Made by a program: the position numbers and the translations under genes | The notes under the pieces: generated by a model | What the model was told of the DNA's origin: nothing | What the model saw: the letters and a program-made list of their open reading frames with translations, nothing else | The model's database searches: none | In this document: positions 60,419 to 64,000 of the stretch, in pieces | How the letters are laid out: the number at the start of each line of letters is the position of its first letter | Position numbering within the stretch: the first letter of the stretch is position 1 | Assembly (NCBI RefSeq): GCF_041146345.1 | Contig: NW_027191402.1 | Span: forward strand, 496,001 to 560,000 | Length of the DNA stretch: 64,000 bases | Direction of reading: 5' to 3' | Origin: Neodothiora populina | Taxonomy: Eukaryota

Positions 60419-61567
60419 GACGAAAGGGGGGGAAAGAGGAGAAGAAAGATGAAGACGACGGAGATGAAGCCCCTTTTTGCTTTTCTCTTATTCTGTACGA
60501 TATACAATTAGAACGAACCTTTACTTGCCTCTTTTGTCCATATCATCAGACGTACGTGTACAAAGGATGCTTGGGAGGTGTAACAGCAATGAGACGAGAA
60601 GAGAAAAAACACCCAAGGAAGCCAGAGACGAGAGAAACTAACCAAGACAGCCAGAGACGAGACGAGACGAGATGTAAGATGGTGTCAACGAAGGCACCTT
60701 AGTCCAGGAGTCGTAACGCACACAAGAGAGAGAGAGAGCGATGTATAGCGCGAAAAGAGAGACGCGACACGCTCCAGGAACCACAGTAGCATTCCCCGCT
60801 CCACCCCCTTCCAGCTACCTGTCTGTCATAAGTTACGAATGACTGAACCGAGTGCGTATATACTATTCACCATACACCATCGTCGTGAAACTCTCTTACC
60901 CTACTCCCTAGTCTCCGACTCCGTCCCTCTCCTTTCGTCCTGCTCTCTTATCTCCCTCTTGTCCCGACCTACTTTCCCGTGCAAACGTCCATCTATACCG
61001 ATGTTGTCCCCCCCGCAGGCAAGGGCGTCGACACGGTGACTAAAACCAATATTCCAACAGGCCGAGAGCCGAGAAGAGCCGAGAAGAGCTGAAGATGTTG
61101 TTTGAAAGTCGATCAGAACGAGATTTATATGTGTTTGTATATGCGCGTTCTTACAAGTCCCTGATGCAATCCAGGTCGCAGAAAATAAAGTAAAAGAGAG
61201 AGAGGAAGAGGAAGAAATCGAAGAAACCTCCTCTGGAGAGAATGAAGCGCCGAGCGTGCGAAGGAATGGAAAAAGCAGTATATACAAGCAACCCAACGAA
61301 TGAAACCGACGAACAAACGGACCAACAAACCAGCAGTAGCCATAGCAAAATCCCCAATCCCATTTCCGATTATCTGTGTTATTACTTCTTTTTCTCTGCC
61401 GGTTGCTCGTTCTCTGCAGTGTCTCTTTCTCCACTATTTGCGAGGTTCGATACACTCTTTTACTATTTGCAGGGTGTCGTGAGACAAACATGAGTGACGC
61501 ACGAGGTACTCGATCGAACGTGAAGCCCCCATCTTACGGACAGGGTCACTCCTTTTTCTCTTGACTG

Positions 61568-64000
61568 TTACTCAAACGTCATGGACATCTCCTTCTCCCT
61601 CCCGAACTCATCGTCGTCATAATCATCAGCCCACGCATTCCGTTCCAGCGGCGCCGCATTGGCCGTCGATGCAGGCATCGTGCTCGAAGAGAGTAACGGT
61701 GGTCTCGAGCCTGTTGAGGAAATGTATGATGGCAGAGCAGAGGACGATACACCCATGGGTGCTGCGTTGCTGCCGAGAGATTGCGTGCTGCCGCCGCCAC
61801 TGGTAGAGGCGCGAGATGGCCGCGAGGGAGGCGGGTCGTCGTCGAAGGTCATTGATATCTGGGAGTCGTCGTGGTGGTTGTAGCTGTCGTAATCGTATTC
61901 GTTGTAGCCTGTGGGTGGGGAGAGGGGGCTCTTGCCCCATATACCGTTGGATGAGGAGCGGTTGTTCGCGTAGGTGTTGCTGCTGCTTGATGAGGATGCT
62001 GGTCGGCTGTCTGTGAGGCCGCTGTAGCTCTTTGTCTGACGCAGATTGAAGGCCCGCGGGCTGTCGGGTCCATTACTCATCGAGTCCCTGCTGTTGTCGA
62101 GATTGAGTTTCATTGGCGGCAGCGTGGTTTGGATCTCCTTGACCTCGATGCCTTCTTTTGCAATCTCGACCAACTCGGCGCGGATGGCGTCAATGTCGAA
62201 GAGCACGCTCTTGTTTATATCGCCTCCGTTGTCACCCGGTGATTCGGCCTTGGATGCGGCCGCCTTTGCTTGCTGCTCGTCGTAGACCTCCCACGATTTG
62301 CGCTCGGCGTTCTTCTTGCTTCGAGTGAACAACGCCTTGAGGCCCTTTCTCTCAGGCTTCTTTTCGAGTGCGCGTCGAGCCTCTTCGATCTCGTTGATCA
62401 GCTCTCTTTGTCTCTCCTGGTGGTTCTCTGGGTCTGGGTCCTCGATTTCCGCAAAGTCGTCGCTGTCGACCATCCACCCGACCTCGCGCAGAAGTCGCGG
62501 CATTGCCTTACGGTAGGCCATGTGTCCCGGAACCAGTTTTGTCACGTCGTAGTTCTCGATGCCTGGGATTTCGACTGGCGCTAGACCGGCGACACGCATG
62601 ATGCCGCCTGATGTTGCTCGAAACAAATACCCAAGAATCCAGTCGTTGTGCGCGTAACCGTTGACGAAGCGACCAGGCACAACACTTTTGGCGCGCAAGT
62701 ATTCATCTTTCTTCACTACCATCGGACTACCGAAAAGGTAAACATTCTGCACGAGACCGTAGGCGCCTCTTGCAGCAAGCTCTTTGAGACAAGTAAAAAT
62801 AACTCTGGCTCCGATGGAGAATCCGACCAAGGTGATTGGACGTATGCCCAGGTTGCGGTCTATCAGAGAGTCTGCGAGGATGAGTCCGGCAGAGTCTGCG
62901 CGCGCCAACGAAACAGACCACGGGTTATCGATTAAATAAGACAGTTTCGTCAGGACCAGAGGTAATTGCATGGCTGACATGAGCGCGATCAGGATAGTGC
63001 TACCAAGAATTTGTTGCAGGCCTTGCGTGAGTGCCTATTGCTGCTGGTCAGACGAATTCAGGAAAAGAGTTGTTAGACGACACACCTCTGTTGCTAGGAT
63101 GTTTATAGTGTCACCCATGCTTCTAAGCATCTCCGGCTCCCACCAGATACTGTACATGTCTCCCATGATAGGATCAACAGTACTGAATGGCAGTCGAACA
63201 TCATCGACTTTTCCTGTCATCCAGCCTGCGACTGTGACTATCAGGTTCACTCGCTTGTTGTTGAACAGTGGACGATACTCGAATGTCTTGACAGCGCCCA
63301 TTCTCCTGTTGCTAGCCCTAACTGCAATTGTGCCTCCCGCCAAAGCGCCGGTAGAGGTAATGATGGCAGCTCCTCCAGCACCAGCGAGGAAACCACTGGT
63401 ACCCGCAACGCCGATTGTCGTGAAGCCAGCGGCCAATCCAGCACCGATGACAGGCGCGAGAAGGCCTGCGCTGAGTCCGATGACAAGACCACCGCCCACT
63501 GTGGCAAGACCCATCATGACAAGTCTGCGGTTGCGGGCCGACTTCTTGCGCTGAGCCATGTGCTCGTCTTCATTCCAGTTTTCCTTGTCGGCAGCTTCTT
63601 GCATCTCGAGCGCGTCAGTGACACGCTTCTCGAAGCGGCAGATGTCAACCCAAGGGACGGAAAGATTGGATCCGACAAGTTCCAGCAGCGTCCGAGAGCG
63701 CGCATCGTAGACACTGTCTGCGATCAGAACAAGGAACAGATCGCAAAGGACGGTCCAACGAAGATCGAGGTCGATGTTCTTGTCGTGGGCAAGCTCTGAC
63801 GGATCTTTCAGCGTGAGATATTCGGGAGGGTTTTCTTCCTGGTAAGCAGGTGGAAGACCTGGAGTGCCAGGCTGGCTCGATTCTGCCGGGGATGCAAATC
63901 CTGAAGGCAAGTTGGGAGTAGATGGATGTGATGACTTTCCAGATGCAAGACCTGGCGTTCCTGGCAGGGACGAGGATGGCGCGCGTCTTTCGGACGTGGT
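61568..64000 (-). CDS. DUF726 / TMCO4-Mil1 family alpha/beta-hydrolase-like protein, 5'-truncated by window edge
   Basis: DLRWTVLCDLFL, YDARSR, GLATVGGGLVIGLSAGLLAP, LIDNPW, RPITLVGFSIGAR (GxSxG), DWILGYLFR, GHMAYR; intron 63035..63085. Confidence 0.9.

Noticed and set aside
60263..60740. Short repeats as a CRISPR array or transposon ends
   Set aside because: Simple microsatellites in a eukaryotic 3' region, with no repeat-spacer structure, terminal inverted repeats or transposase.
61440..61460. GGTTCGA T-loop-like motif
   Set aside because: No cloverleaf or A box; not a tRNA.

Overview
Gene-dense euchromatin of a filamentous ascomycete (Pezizomycotina; a Eurotiomycete/Chaetothyriales-like host is my inference). 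Short GT-AG introns with CTRAY branch points break most genes, so the ORF track is fragmented. I reconstructed about 28 protein-coding genes by hand: Atg14-like (partial), a glycine-rich beta-flanking-like protein, cyclophilin H, RING-H2 ligase, ZIP transporter, ChaC, Eaf6, SRm160/PWI, a 1042-codon Pro-rich orphan, a small hypothetical, Yth1, CUE-CCCH-Smr nuclease, Hap3/HapC, prefoldin 2, Cmc2, Ntr2, SmG, ACAD10/11-type kinase, CLIP-170-like, F-box/JmjC, eIF4A, a coiled-coil orphan, FAH-family hydrolase, Vps53, WD40 protein, class IV chitin synthase head-to-head with its Sel1-repeat activator, and DUF726 (partial). I found no tRNA, rRNA, CRISPR or intact transposon and no clear novel multi-gene system. 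The best leads are a 360-nt fully open in-frame intron in HAP3 with its own ATG, a 5-nt microexon in ChaC, the chitin synthase/activator divergon, the charge-polarised Pro-rich protein, a candidate No-Go-decay nuclease, and a run of RNA-processing genes. All family calls come from motif recognition, not database searches.
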